Assembly (NCBI GenBank): GCA_963804165.1
Contig: CAWDPO010000017.1
Span: 256,001-320,000 of the forward strand
Reading direction: 5' to 3'
Source: an uncultured delta proteobacterium
GTDB taxonomy: Bacteria > Desulfobacterota > Binatia > UBA9968
Length of the DNA: 64,000 nucleotides
This document shows, piece after piece, positions 1 through 9,538 of this stretch; the first letter of the stretch is position 1, and each line of letters starts with the position of its first letter. The position numbers and the translations under genes were made by a program. Below the pieces are notes generated by a model. It saw only the letters and a program-made list of their open reading frames with translations. It searched no databases and had not been told where the DNA came from.

Positions 1-704
1 AAGTACCTGCGAAATATCTCGCGCCGCGCCTTGAGCGATGCCGCCGGCACGATGACTCCGAAGCGCGCGTATTCGATGGGAAGATCTTCCAGGTCGGCAA
101 GATTGACGCAGCAGCCCGAGTCGAGAATCTTCGGCAGATCGTAGGTGCCGATCAGTGCGCCATCGATGTGGCCCGCCACCAGCGCGGCGATGCGGATGGC
201 GTCGTTGCCGCCCGACTGAATGATTGCGACGTCTTTCTCCGGATCGAGCTTCCAGTAGCGTAGCAGCATGCGCGTGACGAAATCCGAGGACGCGCCGAAA
301 CGGCTGATCGCGATGCGTTTGCCTCTGAGATCGGCGGGCGCTTTGGCCGGCTTGCGCGCGATGAAGCTGAGCGTGATGCGGTTCATCCATCCGGCGATGA
401 TTCGCACATCCAAGATTCCTGCGGCCTTGAGGTTGAGCATCGTCGGTATATTGGAGTCCGTGAGATCGATATCGCCGCCGACCAACGCTTGCGCAGTGAT
501 TGCCCCGCTATTGAAATATATCGCCTTGACATCGAGATTGTATTTGGCCCAGAGGCCGGCCTTGTCGATGGTGTTATAGAGACTCTGGGCCACACCCGCT
601 CCGCTGTAACCCATCTTGAGCGCTGGTTGCGCATACGCGCCGCGCCCGCCCGCCAGCGAGATCACAACTATGAATAGAAGCGTTTCGATGTATCGCAACA
701 TCAT
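1..704 (-). CDS. ABC-type substrate-binding protein, NMT1/THI5/SsuA-like (3' end outside window)
   Basis: Read by hand on the minus strand from ATG at 704: MMLRYIETLLFIVVISLAGGRGAYAQPALKMGYSG...ADLRGKRIAISRFGASSDF...KLDPEKDVAIIQSGG; signal peptide plus the family motif DL(K/R)GK.I.ISR.G. Confidence 0.85.
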   Translation of the reverse strand, partial: MMLRYIETLLFIVVISLAGGRGAYAQPALKMGYSGAGVAQSLYNTIDKAGLWAKYNLDVKAIYFNSGAITAQALVGGDIDLTDSNIPTMLNLKAAGILDVRIIAGWMNRITLSFIARKPAKAPADLRGKRIAISRFGASSDFVTRMLLRYWKLDPEKDVAIIQSGGNDAIRIAALVAGHIDGALIGTYDLPKILDSGCCVNLADLEDLPIEYARFGVIVPAASLKARREIFRRY

Positions 705-786
705 GCCCCGCCGGGGCGAGATGGGAAGAAATCGAATAGCGGAGTGGTAGACTGTCGGGAGAATTCGAATGGCATGCATCTTCTCA

Positions 787-818
787 ATACTCCATTACTC
801 CAACACTCCATCACCCCA
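787..818. repeat. ACTCCA/TGGAGT ~8-bp tandem repeat overlapping the stop of the amidohydrolase gene
   Basis: aatactccattactccaacactccatcacccca; same family at 19264 and 52002. Confidence 0.75.
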
Positions 819-1934
819 AGCGATCTTGTACAGTTTCGTCGCATTGACCGACAATACTCGTCGCTGCTCAAGCGCGCTCATGTTGGCTAAACATTGGGTT
901 GCAAACTTTTCCGTCTCCGGCCAGGTGGAATTCGCGGTGGGAAAGTTTGTCGACCACAGAATGTTTTCCGTGCCGATATGGCGCGCGTTGATCTTCACTT
1001 CATCGTACCAAGTCGTCAAATAACATTGACGGCGAAACATCTCGGACGGTTTCAATTCGTAATCGCAGTGATCCTGCTCGTACTGATGGTCGGCGTATTC
1101 CAACAGAAAAGTTCCCCAGCCGATGGTGCTCTCGGCGAAAACAACCTTGAGCTTGGGATAACGCAGCAGAATGCGCGAGAAGAGAAAGTTTGTCAGGTCG
1201 AATACGGCGCTGGCCGGACGAACGACAGATTGGAATGCTGCCGTCAGCTCCGGCGAAAGGTTCGGCGCCATCGGAAAATGCAATTGCGGGGCCGAGCCGG
1301 CGTGAAAGCACAGCGGGACATTGAAGTCCTGGCAGGTTGCCCAAACCGGATCGTAGTCGGGACTATTGATATGCGGCAGCTTGCGCAGATGCATGGGTTC
1401 CGCGGGAAAGATGACGCTGCGATGACCGCGGTCGACCGCGCGCCTGATCTCGCTGATGGTCGCTTCGATGGGTGACAGCGGCACGATGCACTGCGGGATA
1501 AAACGCTCGCTTGCCGCCACCCACTCGTCGATCAGCCAATCGTTGTAAGCTTGCACACAGGCGAGCTCAAGTTCCGCATCGGCGATCGTGCCGAACAATT
1601 CGCCGGAGAAGCCGGGGAGGCTTGGATAGAGCACGGCGAATTCGACGCCGTCTTCATCCATCGCTTTGAGCCGTGCGCTTGGATCGTAAGCGGCGGTTGG
1701 TATTTCTTCCCAGCATTTTGGAATATTTGTGCGGTCTGCGAGTAGCGCGCCGACACGAGCAGTGTCAGCGAGCGGCCGTGGCCGGCCATCGACGATCCAC
1801 GAATCGGCGCCATCGCGCGATCGTTCGAGATGGGGAATACGGTTGCCGAATTTCGCCTTCGACAGCCGCCGCGACCAAACGTCAGGCGGCTCGACGACGT
1901 GATCGACGGCACTGATGAGTCGTGTTGTAGCCAT
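795..1934 (-). CDS. Amidohydrolase family 2 protein with divergent metal ligands
   Basis: ISAVDHVVEPP, RLKAMDEDGV..AVLYPS, AYNDWL, CFHAGS, FAES.IGW, WSTNFP. Confidence 0.9.
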   Translation of the reverse strand: MATTRLISAVDHVVEPPDVWSRRLSKAKFGNRIPHLERSRDGADSWIVDGRPRPLADTARVGALLADRTNIPKCWEEIPTAAYDPSARLKAMDEDGVEFAVLYPSLPGFSGELFGTIADAELELACVQAYNDWLIDEWVAASERFIPQCIVPLSPIEATISEIRRAVDRGHRSVIFPAEPMHLRKLPHINSPDYDPVWATCQDFNVPLCFHAGSAPQLHFPMAPNLSPELTAAFQSVVRPASAVFDLTNFLFSRILLRYPKLKVVFAESTIGWGTFLLEYADHQYEQDHCDYELKPSEMFRRQCYLTTWYDEVKINARHIGTENILWSTNFPTANSTWPETEKFATQCLANMSALEQRRVLSVNATKLYKIAWGDGVLE

Positions 1935-1970
1935 AGCCTCTCTTCAGTTTTCTATCGCGGGCAATTAGCT

Positions 1971-2083
1971 CCCTCTGCCTTAACGGGAGAGGATTGAGGT
2001 GAGGGTGAATTTCGAGAACATATCGAAGTACCGTTCGAAGAGTATCACCCCCATCTTAATCTTCCCCCATCGAGGGGGAAGAG
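1971..2083. repeat. Inverted pair of REP-like GC hairpins (family B)
   Basis: ccctctgccttaacgggagaggattgaggtgagggtg ... cacccccatcttaatcttcccccatcgagggggaag. Confidence 0.75.
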
Positions 2084-2109
2084 AAACAAAATAATTGGCG
2101 AGCACGGTA

Positions 2110-3255
2110 TCACGTCACTCTGTAGAGCGCGCGGGCGTTTTGATACAGCATCTTCTCGCGCTCGTCTTTGGGCACGTCTGCGAGGGAACGTTCGACAAAT
2201 TTCCACGAGTCAGGATAGGTCGAGGCGATGTGCGGATAGTCGGACTCCCACATGATGTTGTCGACCCCGACCGCGTCGCGCAGTTCGATGCCAGCGCGTT
2301 CGTACCAGAAATTGACGTAGACCTGTTGCCGGATCAATTCGCTCGGCTTTCGATCCAAGCCGTGACGCCAGAGTTGGCGCCGTTCCCATTCGTGATCGCA
2401 GGCTGCCTGCACGCAACTCACCGAGCCGATGCCGGTCTCGGCAAAGACCCACTTCGAACGCGGAAATTTGTAGGCGATGCCCGAGAAAATCAAGTTGGGC
2501 ACGATCTGTGCCGGCCACGCTGAGGTCGGTACAGTGAACGCGGCATGCTGTTGATATGGCGTATAACCATCCCACTCGGGGAACGTCAGCTTGCGCGCAA
2601 GTCCGGCCGACGCGTGAAAGTGAATCGGCATTTCGAGTTCCTGACAGATTTCCCACAAAGGATACCAGTAAGGCTCGCTGATGTGCGGTAGCGATTCGAC
2701 CATAAGGCTCGGCAGCGCGAACATGACGACGCCGCGATGACCTTGGCTCGCCGCGCGTCTCACCTCGGCAACGATCACGTCCATGCCACAGAGCAGCGGC
2801 ACCATGGCGAGGGAAATAAAGCGCGCGCTAGCGCGCGTCAATTCCCCGAGCGAGTCGTTGTAAGCCTGCACACAGGCGAGCTCGAATTCGGCGTCGTTGT
2901 ATTGATGAAACGAGCTCGGATCGTTGGGAAACAGCACTTCGGCATCGACGCCGTCGGCATCGAGGGCTCTAAGCCGTTCGCTCGCAACGTAGGCTTTGGC
3001 CGGGACTTCTTTCCAGTGCTGCGGATAGAGATTACGCTTTGGATCGCCCATCACGGCGGGGCAGTTGCACACGCCGCGCGTGTGCAATGGCCGCCCATTG
3101 ACGACCCAGCGCTCGACTTTGGCGCCTTTGTTATCGACTTCCTTGATTTGCGGGATACGCTCACCGAATTTACTTTTTGACATGCGGCTGAGAAACGCAT
3201 GGGGTTCGGTGACGACGTGCGAGTCTGCGCTGATGAGGCCGTGATGAATTTCCAT
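2110..3255 (-). CDS. Amidohydrolase family 2 protein
   Basis: ISADSHV, DGVDAEVLFPN, AYND, IHFHAS, MWESDYPH, NARALY. Confidence 0.92.
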   Translation of the reverse strand: MEIHHGLISADSHVVTEPHAFLSRMSKSKFGERIPQIKEVDNKGAKVERWVVNGRPLHTRGVCNCPAVMGDPKRNLYPQHWKEVPAKAYVASERLRALDADGVDAEVLFPNDPSSFHQYNDAEFELACVQAYNDSLGELTRASARFISLAMVPLLCGMDVIVAEVRRAASQGHRGVVMFALPSLMVESLPHISEPYWYPLWEICQELEMPIHFHASAGLARKLTFPEWDGYTPYQQHAAFTVPTSAWPAQIVPNLIFSGIAYKFPRSKWVFAETGIGSVSCVQAACDHEWERRQLWRHGLDRKPSELIRQQVYVNFWYERAGIELRDAVGVDNIMWESDYPHIASTYPDSWKFVERSLADVPKDEREKMLYQNARALYRVT

Positions 3256-3314
3256 CTAGAATCCTTGCAAGTTTGCCGAACGTACGCCGTGATTTGAATC
3301 GCTTGGGGTTCATT

Positions 3315-3485
3315 CCCCGCAGCTTGCTGCGTTTTCGCAACGGCCAATCCGAAGTCCGTCATTCCCGCATGTTTTAAGCGGGAATCCAGGCCAATCCGGA
3401 TCTGGACCCCGGACTAAAACATTCCGGGGTGACGGAATGGGAATCGTTCGCATGATGGGTCTTCGATACCCCGCAGCTTGCTGCG
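3315..3485 (+). repeat. Composite ~170-bp MITE/REPIN-like element (family A), copy 1
   Basis: CCCCGCAGCTTGCTGCG at both ends; core GTCCGTCATTCCCGC..GCGGGAATCCAGG..CCCCG..CGGGGTGAC at 3354-3433. Confidence 0.8.
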
Positions 3486-3520
3486 AGGTAGTTTATTTTA
3501 TGTTCTAATCGCCTTTCCGA

Positions 3521-3638
3521 TTTCCTTCCCCTCGACGGGGAAGGACAAAGGTAGGGGTGATCTTAATTCTGACTTGCACCCCCATCTCAATCCCTTCGAC
3601 CAGGCTCAGGACAGGCTTCCCCCGTCGAAGGGGGAAGA
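3521..3638. repeat. Family B inverted REP pair carrying a nested ~23-bp insert (3593-3615)
   Basis: Near-identical to the reverse complement of 30701-30794 apart from inserted CCTTCGACCAGGCTCAGGACAGG. Confidence 0.85.
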
Positions 3639-3719
3639 CGTAAATCCTCGCGCCCACACCAAGATCCCATTTTCCTTGCTTTAAGTCGAAACTAGAAACG
3701 CGAAACTCGAAATTTTGTC

Positions 3720-4401
3720 CTAATCTAACTCCGCCATCGCCGTGGCAACCGCGCCATGAAAACAGCGCTCGATGGCGAGCGACTCTTCGGCGCCGCGGAG
3801 AACTTGCTGTACGGACAGGTCGTCGACGACGTAACTTTCAAAAACCTGGTTCAATAAATCGGAATGCTCTACGTCCGCAACGAGATGAACTTGCGTACCG
3901 ATGTCTTGGTCTTTCCTCTTGATTCCCAGCTCCACTTCCTGCCGCTTCACCAAGCGCTGCGTAAGCGTGCCGCCTTTGACGATCTGATCGTTGTTGCGCC
4001 GTTCTAGAATGTGCGAGCAGGCAAGCCCTTCGAGCCAGGGATTTTCACGAGCACAGTAAAGCCAAGCGTAAAACGCGGCGCGCGCGCCGGGAATCATGTC
4101 GGATTCCTTACTGCCGCCCAAATCTTCTTCGGTCACATGCGCCTTGCCCATGCGCGGGTCGTAGATCAGCTCGTCTTTTTCATGCTCCCAGATCGCGCGC
4201 TTGACGTCGAGCGGCGCCTTACACGAGACCGCCGCCCAGCAGTCGCGCCGGTTGTTGCCGAAGAAAGTCATGTGCAGATGGCGGAAGGCGAGTCGTGTCG
4301 GTGTCAGTGGCACGGTCAGCATGCGCTTGATTTCCGGCGTTTCGTACCACTGGTTGACCAGGCAGATCTAATTGTTTTGCGACTTCGGGCCATTTGCTCA
4401 T
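3720..4401 (-). CDS. Heme-oxygenase-like (TenA/PqqC/CADD-type) iron-containing redox enzyme, +1 frameshift near 4363
   Basis: N-terminus MSKWPEVAKQLD joins LVNQWYETPEIKRMLTVP in another frame; candidate diiron ligands HEKDEL..H, HILE, HLVADVEH. Confidence 0.7.
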
Positions 4402-4519
4402 TGCAGATTCCTCCCGCGAATCTTAGCCGTGCGATCAAGCAATTGTCGGCATTGCGCGAATATACGTCCGCGCGGAAAGGGCTGTCAATCAAACGAAGGC
4501 AAGGCGAAAAAGTTCACTG

Positions 4520-5017
4520 TCAGGAAATCGAACGATTCATCTCGAGATCGCTTAGGGCGGGATCGTTTCGGTAAGGCGCAGTGTTCCCCGTAAGTGTGAA
4601 GCCGAGACGTTTGTAGAACTCGATCGCCGCGTCGTTGTTGCTCGTGACGATCAATTGCACTGTGCGCGCACGCTGTGCACGAGCCCAATCGACGATCGCT
4701 TCTACTAATTTTCGGCCGATTCCCAGTCGGCGATGCGCCGGCGCTACCCACATGGATACCAAGTGGGCGTGGGATGCGTCGTCTTTGTCGAGAAATCCGC
4801 CGACGATGCCGCACGGCGTGGTGGCGTCCATTGCAAGATATACGATTGATCCTTCGCCGTTCCGCAGCGATGCACGCTTGACCCACTCAGCGTCGGTAAG
4901 CCGGGATTCATCGGCGTAGGTCGAACTGAAGGCCATCGGCGTATCGCACAATGCTTGAAGGCGAACGTCCTTGAAGAGTATGGCGTTCTGCGGCGTGACT
5001 GGTTCGAGAGTGATCAC
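4520..5017 (-). CDS. GNAT family N-acetyltransferase
   Basis: SMWVAPAHRRLGIGRKL (motif A) and NDAAIEFYKRLGF. Confidence 0.9.
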   Translation of the reverse strand: MITLEPVTPQNAILFKDVRLQALCDTPMAFSSTYADESRLTDAEWVKRASLRNGEGSIVYLAMDATTPCGIVGGFLDKDDASHAHLVSMWVAPAHRRLGIGRKLVEAIVDWARAQRARTVQLIVTSNNDAAIEFYKRLGFTLTGNTAPYRNDPALSDLEMNRSIS

Positions 5018-5024
5018 AGTGTAT

Positions 5025-6118
5025 TATTAAGTTCTGTATAATATAGTGACATATTTAGATTATTGTGATAGTGTTCGGTGCATGGGAAATCCGATAGGAG
5101 TACGACGAGATTTTGATGTACTGGAACAGCGGCGATTGGAGGCAGCTCGTCTGCTTCGCGCTGGGGTTTCGCAATCCGAAGTGGCGCGGCAAGTGCGAGT
5201 ACACCGCCAGTCGGTAAGTCGCTGGGACAAAGAACTCAAGGAGTCGGGAATCCGGGGGCTCAAAAAAGCCGGCCGTGCAGGGAGAAAACCCTTACTGAGC
5301 ACAGCAGACCTACGGCGCGTAGAGTCTAAGCTCAAGCAAGGAGCGCAGGCCAGAGGGTATACCACCGAGCTATGGACGACCTCCCGGGTGGCTGATCTGA
5401 TCGAGCAGGAATGTGGGGTCAAATACCACCCGGCCCATGTGTGGCGGATCCTGCAAGAACTGGGTTGGAGCTGCCAGAAGCCAGCTAAACGGGCGTTGGA
5501 GCGTGATGAAAAAAAGATCGAGCGATGGAAGAAAAAGCGCTGGCCTAAGCTTAAAAAAAAGCGCAGAGGGAGAAGCGCACGATAGTGTTTATCGACGAGA
5601 GTGGATTGAGCGAGAGGCCGCACTGTTGTCGGACTTGGTCGCCCAAAGGACAAACGCCTATTCTGCAGTATCATTTTAACTGGCAGCATCTGTCGGCCAT
5701 GGCGGGGGTGACCTGGAGAAACTTTTATTTTCGCTTGTTTCCCGGTTCGGTTCGTAGCCCCCAGGTGGTGGAGTTCTTGAAACACTTGTTGCGCCACATC
5801 CGAGGCAAGGTGCTGGTCATCTGGGACGGGCTCAGAAGCCACAGGAGCCGGTTGGTCAACGATTTCGTCTTTGCACAACGCGGCCGGCTGCACATTGAGT
5901 TTCTTCCTGCTTATGCCCCTGAGCTCAACCCGGTAGAGTATCTTTGGGGTTACTGGAAACAACATGAGTTACCTAACTTCTGTCCAAAACACTTCTTCGA
6001 ACTTACCTACCAAGCCCGACAAGCTCTGCGTCGAATGCGCCGTCGACCGACTCTCGTCACTGCGTTCTGGAAACAAGCTGAGCTGTTTTGATGTAACTAT
6101 ATTATGCAAAGGTCAATA
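5025..6118 (+). mobile_element. IS630-family insertion sequence
   Basis: Imperfect 28-bp terminal IRs: TATTAAGTTCTGTATAATATAGTGACAT (5025-5052) versus revcomp of 6091-6118, TATTGACCTTTGCATAATATAGTTACAT; TA at both ends; two-ORF transposase. Confidence 0.92.
5082..6091 (+). CDS. IS630 transposase (HTH ORF plus DDE ORF joined by -1 frameshift at the A8G run, 5553-5561)
   Basis: Winged HTH with WTT..V..LI; DDE motifs FIDESG, IWDG, LPAYAPELNPVEYLW. Confidence 0.92.
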
Positions 6119-6183
6119 GGTGGAATTTTTGATTTCTGCGAGGATTACGTTCAATCCCTATTAAGGTTGGTTGCTTGTCCGAA

Positions 6184-6264
6184 GTCCGTCATTCCCGCGT
6201 GTTTTAAGCGGGAATCCAGGCGAGTCCGGAAACTGGACCCCCGATAAAAGCGCTCGGGGGTGAC
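6184..6264 (+). repeat. Family A element core, copy 2
   Basis: gtccgtcattcccgcgtgttttaagcgggaatccaggcg...cccccgataaaagcgctcgggggtgac. Confidence 0.8.
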
Positions 6265-6326
6265 TCGTCTAACGCAAAACTCGTCGCTGAACTTTGATAT
6301 TCGACACCTTGCCGGAGGTTGTTCAT

Positions 6327-7250
6327 TCAACCAACTAGCGGCACAACCTTCTTCTGAAAGAGCGTAAGTTGATCCACCTCATCCTTGATCGGCCATACAA
6401 AAATACGCTGAACGCCGGCTGCTTTGTAAGCCGCGAGTTTTTCCGCGCAGGCTTCCGGCGGACCGATGAGAAGGCGCTCGCGGAATTGATCGAGCGGACG
6501 ATGCAGGAACGCTGTGAGCGTTTCAGACAAAAGTCGCTCAGCCTCGGATTTGTTTTCAGTGACGTACATGAACATTGTGACCAGCGCGTTTGGGAAACTC
6601 GCGGGATCTTTGGCGACGGTCATCAACTCGTTCTGAAGTTTACCCAAGCCGATCCTGAATTGATCTGGCATTGTGTTGTACGCCGACGCCAGCCATCCGT
6701 CTCCCAATCGTGCCACCCGGCGCAGGCCGGCGTCCGAGCCCCAGCTGCCGATCCAAATCGGCGGAGTCGGCATTTGCAGCGGTTTCGGTTCGAGATTGAT
6801 TCCCACCGTGGAATAAAACCGTCCGGTGAAGCCCTCGCCGGTCCAAAAAGAACGTAAAGCCTGAACGCTTTCGTCAAAGCGCTTCCAGCGCTCCTCGTAG
6901 TTCAAACCGACAATCTCATAGTCGCGCGCCGCAGATCCGGGTCCGACGCCGACAATCAGCCGGCCATTGGAGAGTACGTCGATAGCGGCCATAGTTTTAG
7001 CCACCTGCACCGGACCGCGCACGACGGAGAGTAAGATGCTGGTCCCGACCGTCATGTTTCCGCTGTGGGAAAGGATTGCGGCGAGAGCAGTCGGCGCGTC
7101 CAACCACGGACGAGAATGGATCAAATGATCATTGGTCGAGACCGCTTTAAAGCCCAAGTCCCGGGCGGTTTGCACATAGGCCGACAACCACTCCAAGGAA
7201 AAGCGTTGGAAACCAAAATCTATAACGGGAAGATGCGCGCCGTAATCCAT
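6327..7250 (-). CDS. LLM-class flavin (F420/FMN)-dependent oxidoreductase
   Basis: GFKAVSTNDH, DVLSNGRLIVGVGPG, PKPLQ.P.PPIWIG, RRVARLGDGW. Confidence 0.92.
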   Translation of the reverse strand: MDYGAHLPVIDFGFQRFSLEWLSAYVQTARDLGFKAVSTNDHLIHSRPWLDAPTALAAILSHSGNMTVGTSILLSVVRGPVQVAKTMAAIDVLSNGRLIVGVGPGSAARDYEIVGLNYEERWKRFDESVQALRSFWTGEGFTGRFYSTVGINLEPKPLQMPTPPIWIGSWGSDAGLRRVARLGDGWLASAYNTMPDQFRIGLGKLQNELMTVAKDPASFPNALVTMFMYVTENKSEAERLLSETLTAFLHRPLDQFRERLLIGPPEACAEKLAAYKAAGVQRIFVWPIKDEVDQLTLFQKKVVPLVG

Positions 7251-7288
7251 GTTAGTCTCTCCATGCTGGTAATCGGTCTATAGCTCTA

Positions 7289-8236
7289 CTACTGCTTAGC
7301 CCCAAGCTCCCTCTGCGCCTCTTTGATAAGGGAGAGATCGGCGACTTCGCTCAGGGCAACGTCACGAGTCACCTTCATTGTCGCCTTTCTCTCTTCAACC
7401 ATCACTCGGAGGCCTTTTTCGCAAACACTGGTATCGTCATTATAAACTCTATACACACCGTCATAGGTGGCCGCTGCGATTTCTTTATTGACCTTCAACC
7501 AGTCCATGATGAACTGGATCGTGCCATCGCGATTGCCGCGGATATAGCGGGTCGCTTTGATGCCGGCTTTGATGACGCGCTTGACTTCATCGGGTTTGTC
7601 TTGGATTTTCTTGATACCGGTGACTAATCCCGTCTCGGGAAAGACGAGAACATCCTCGGCCTTGACAAGAATATTAAAACCTTTCTTCTTCGCCTCGAAA
7701 TCCAGCGGCGGGGCTAGCACGGCAGCATCGAGCAAGCCCTGGGTGAGCCTGATGAAGCGGGCCTCGACCGCGCCGACGGCGACGAACTTCATATCTTTGT
7801 CCGGATCGAGACCGAAGTGCTTGGCGATGACTCGCGCCGTGAAAATAGAAACGCCGGCAAACGTGGAAATCCCAACGGTCTTGCCCCGAAGCTCCTGAAC
7901 TGACTTGATCTCAGGCCGAGCGACGAGCGCGAGCACGGGAGTGGGCACGAAGCACGCCACCACCTTGATCGGCAATCCTGAAATCGGACCTCCGAGTGTC
8001 ATGCCGGTACTGTAGTCCACTTCGCCGCTGCTCAAGGCAGCGCTGGCGGCTCCGCCGGTGACGCGGATGATTTCAGCCTCAAATCCCTCTTCTTTAAGGA
8101 AGCCTCTTTTATGCGCCAAGGAGTAGGTCATAAACTGGCCGCTCAAGTTTCCGATACTGATTCTGATCTTGTCTGCCGCGTCGGCGCATGTTTGAAGTAC
8201 GAGTACTGCAAGCAAGGCAACAGAAAACTGGTGCAT
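7289..8236 (-). CDS. NMT1/THI5/SsuA-like substrate-binding protein
   Basis: Signal peptide; GFLKEEG; ELRGKTVGIS; GLDPDKD. Confidence 0.88.
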   Translation of the reverse strand: MHQFSVALLAVLVLQTCADAADKIRISIGNLSGQFMTYSLAHKRGFLKEEGFEAEIIRVTGGAASAALSSGEVDYSTGMTLGGPISGLPIKVVACFVPTPVLALVARPEIKSVQELRGKTVGISTFAGVSIFTARVIAKHFGLDPDKDMKFVAVGAVEARFIRLTQGLLDAAVLAPPLDFEAKKKGFNILVKAEDVLVFPETGLVTGIKKIQDKPDEVKRVIKAGIKATRYIRGNRDGTIQFIMDWLKVNKEIAAATYDGVYRVYNDDTSVCEKGLRVMVEERKATMKVTRDVALSEVADLSLIKEAQRELGAKQ

Positions 8237-8394
8237 CGAGAACCTCTATTACAGACGACTAAGGACCTTCCAGATTTCCAGGCGAATTATGTCGGCGCTC
8301 AGGATGGCAGCAGCACTGAATCGTTTCATCAAGCCTTTGCTAGATTTGCTCATTCGGCATTTGCACAGAACGCGCGACGGCCACGACATGCGAA

Positions 8395-8898
8395 TTAGCC
8401 GCCGGTCGTGGCGGCGAGCAAAGCGCGACGGCGTTCCAGGCTCTCTTTCGACCAATATTTAGCGCTCTGGTAATATTCTTCAACCGCCGGTGTGTCTGGT
8501 GGAAGCACGATCCAGGGTTGCTTCGACGAGGTGTAGATATGAATGTCGGGCGGCAAGCGATCGGGGTCGTCGAGTGTGCCGACGCGCACGAAGCGCATAG
8601 CGTCCCCTACGCCAGCGTAGTTGCTCCAGAGAGCGATGCGGCACGTTGGACAGCGGACGATCTTCTGGCCTTTTCCACTGTTCGACGGCGTGTTCACGGC
8701 CTCGGGCTCGCCTTTCAGCAAAATCACGCGGTCAGCTTCGATCAGAGCATTTAAAGCGAAGGCCGCTCCTGTTTCACGCTGACACCAGCGGCAATGACAG
8801 CAATGAACGAACAACGGTCTGGTCGTCATTCGATAGCGCACCGCGCGACAGGTGCAACCGCCTTCCGCAGGGAAATCATTATCGGTAATCATTGCCAA
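8395..8898 (-). CDS. GFA (glutathione-dependent formaldehyde-activating/CENP-V) family protein
   Basis: GGCTCRAVRY, HCCHCRWCQ, CPTC, PDIHIYTSSK. Confidence 0.92.
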   Translation of the reverse strand: MAMITDNDFPAEGGCTCRAVRYRMTTRPLFVHCCHCRWCQRETGAAFALNALIEADRVILLKGEPEAVNTPSNSGKGQKIVRCPTCRIALWSNYAGVGDAMRFVRVGTLDDPDRLPPDIHIYTSSKQPWIVLPPDTPAVEEYYQSAKYWSKESLERRRALLAATTGG

Positions 8899-8985
8899 CT
8901 CCTCAGGGTGTTTTTAGAAAGCGCAGCTGGTCGAATTGTAAAGTCGCGGAAGCCACCGCTCGCAGAACGGGCGTCGAACAGGTAG

Positions 8986-9453
8986 TTAGCTCTGGTTTGC
9001 ACATCTATATTTCACACCTAGACTGTCGGCGAAGGTTTTTATCCGCGACTCCGGTATCGACAAGTCGATCCACATGCAGTTCGAGAAAGCGTCGGGCCAC
9101 TCCAATAGTGGCACGCGCTCTATGTAGAGAAAAAGATGGTCAAAGAGTTCCGGCTCGGCGTGATGCAGCGAGGCGCTGGCTAAAGCCTCGCATAGCGTTG
9201 CTGTAAAGCTGCACCGGAACTGTAGGATGGTACCGGTTGACCAGAGCGTTTGTGGCTTCGGTAGGTAGGGACCAGGGTCAGTGTGTCGCTCGAAGATCGT
9301 GACGATACTCGGAGCGGTCGATGTGCACTCGAAGAATACAGTGGTTGCCTCGGGGAAGGTTGGGGCGAGCAATTGCAGGAATGTGGTGCTGTCAACTCTC
9401 CGATCCTCGAGCTCCCAGCATGGTCCCAATGGAAGGGTAAGTGGAATTTGCAT
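8986..9453 (-). CDS. Hypothetical protein
   Basis: 155-aa ORF filling the gap in a minus-strand run; no recognised motif. Confidence 0.6.
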   Translation of the reverse strand: MQIPLTLPLGPCWELEDRRVDSTTFLQLLAPTFPEATTVFFECTSTAPSIVTIFERHTDPGPYLPKPQTLWSTGTILQFRCSFTATLCEALASASLHHAEPELFDHLFLYIERVPLLEWPDAFSNCMWIDLSIPESRIKTFADSLGVKYRCANQS

Positions 9454-9538
9454 TGGTTTAGGAATTGTAGGACCCCAAGATCATCGCGGTCGCGAACCCT
9501 CCGACGAACGCAAGCGTAATCTTCGCGAGCTGGGAATA

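Noticed and set aside
3478-3684. Small ORFs sharing TGKDKGRGDL..HPHLN (also 30343-30783)
   Set aside because: The similarity comes from the family B repeat DNA, not from a protein family.
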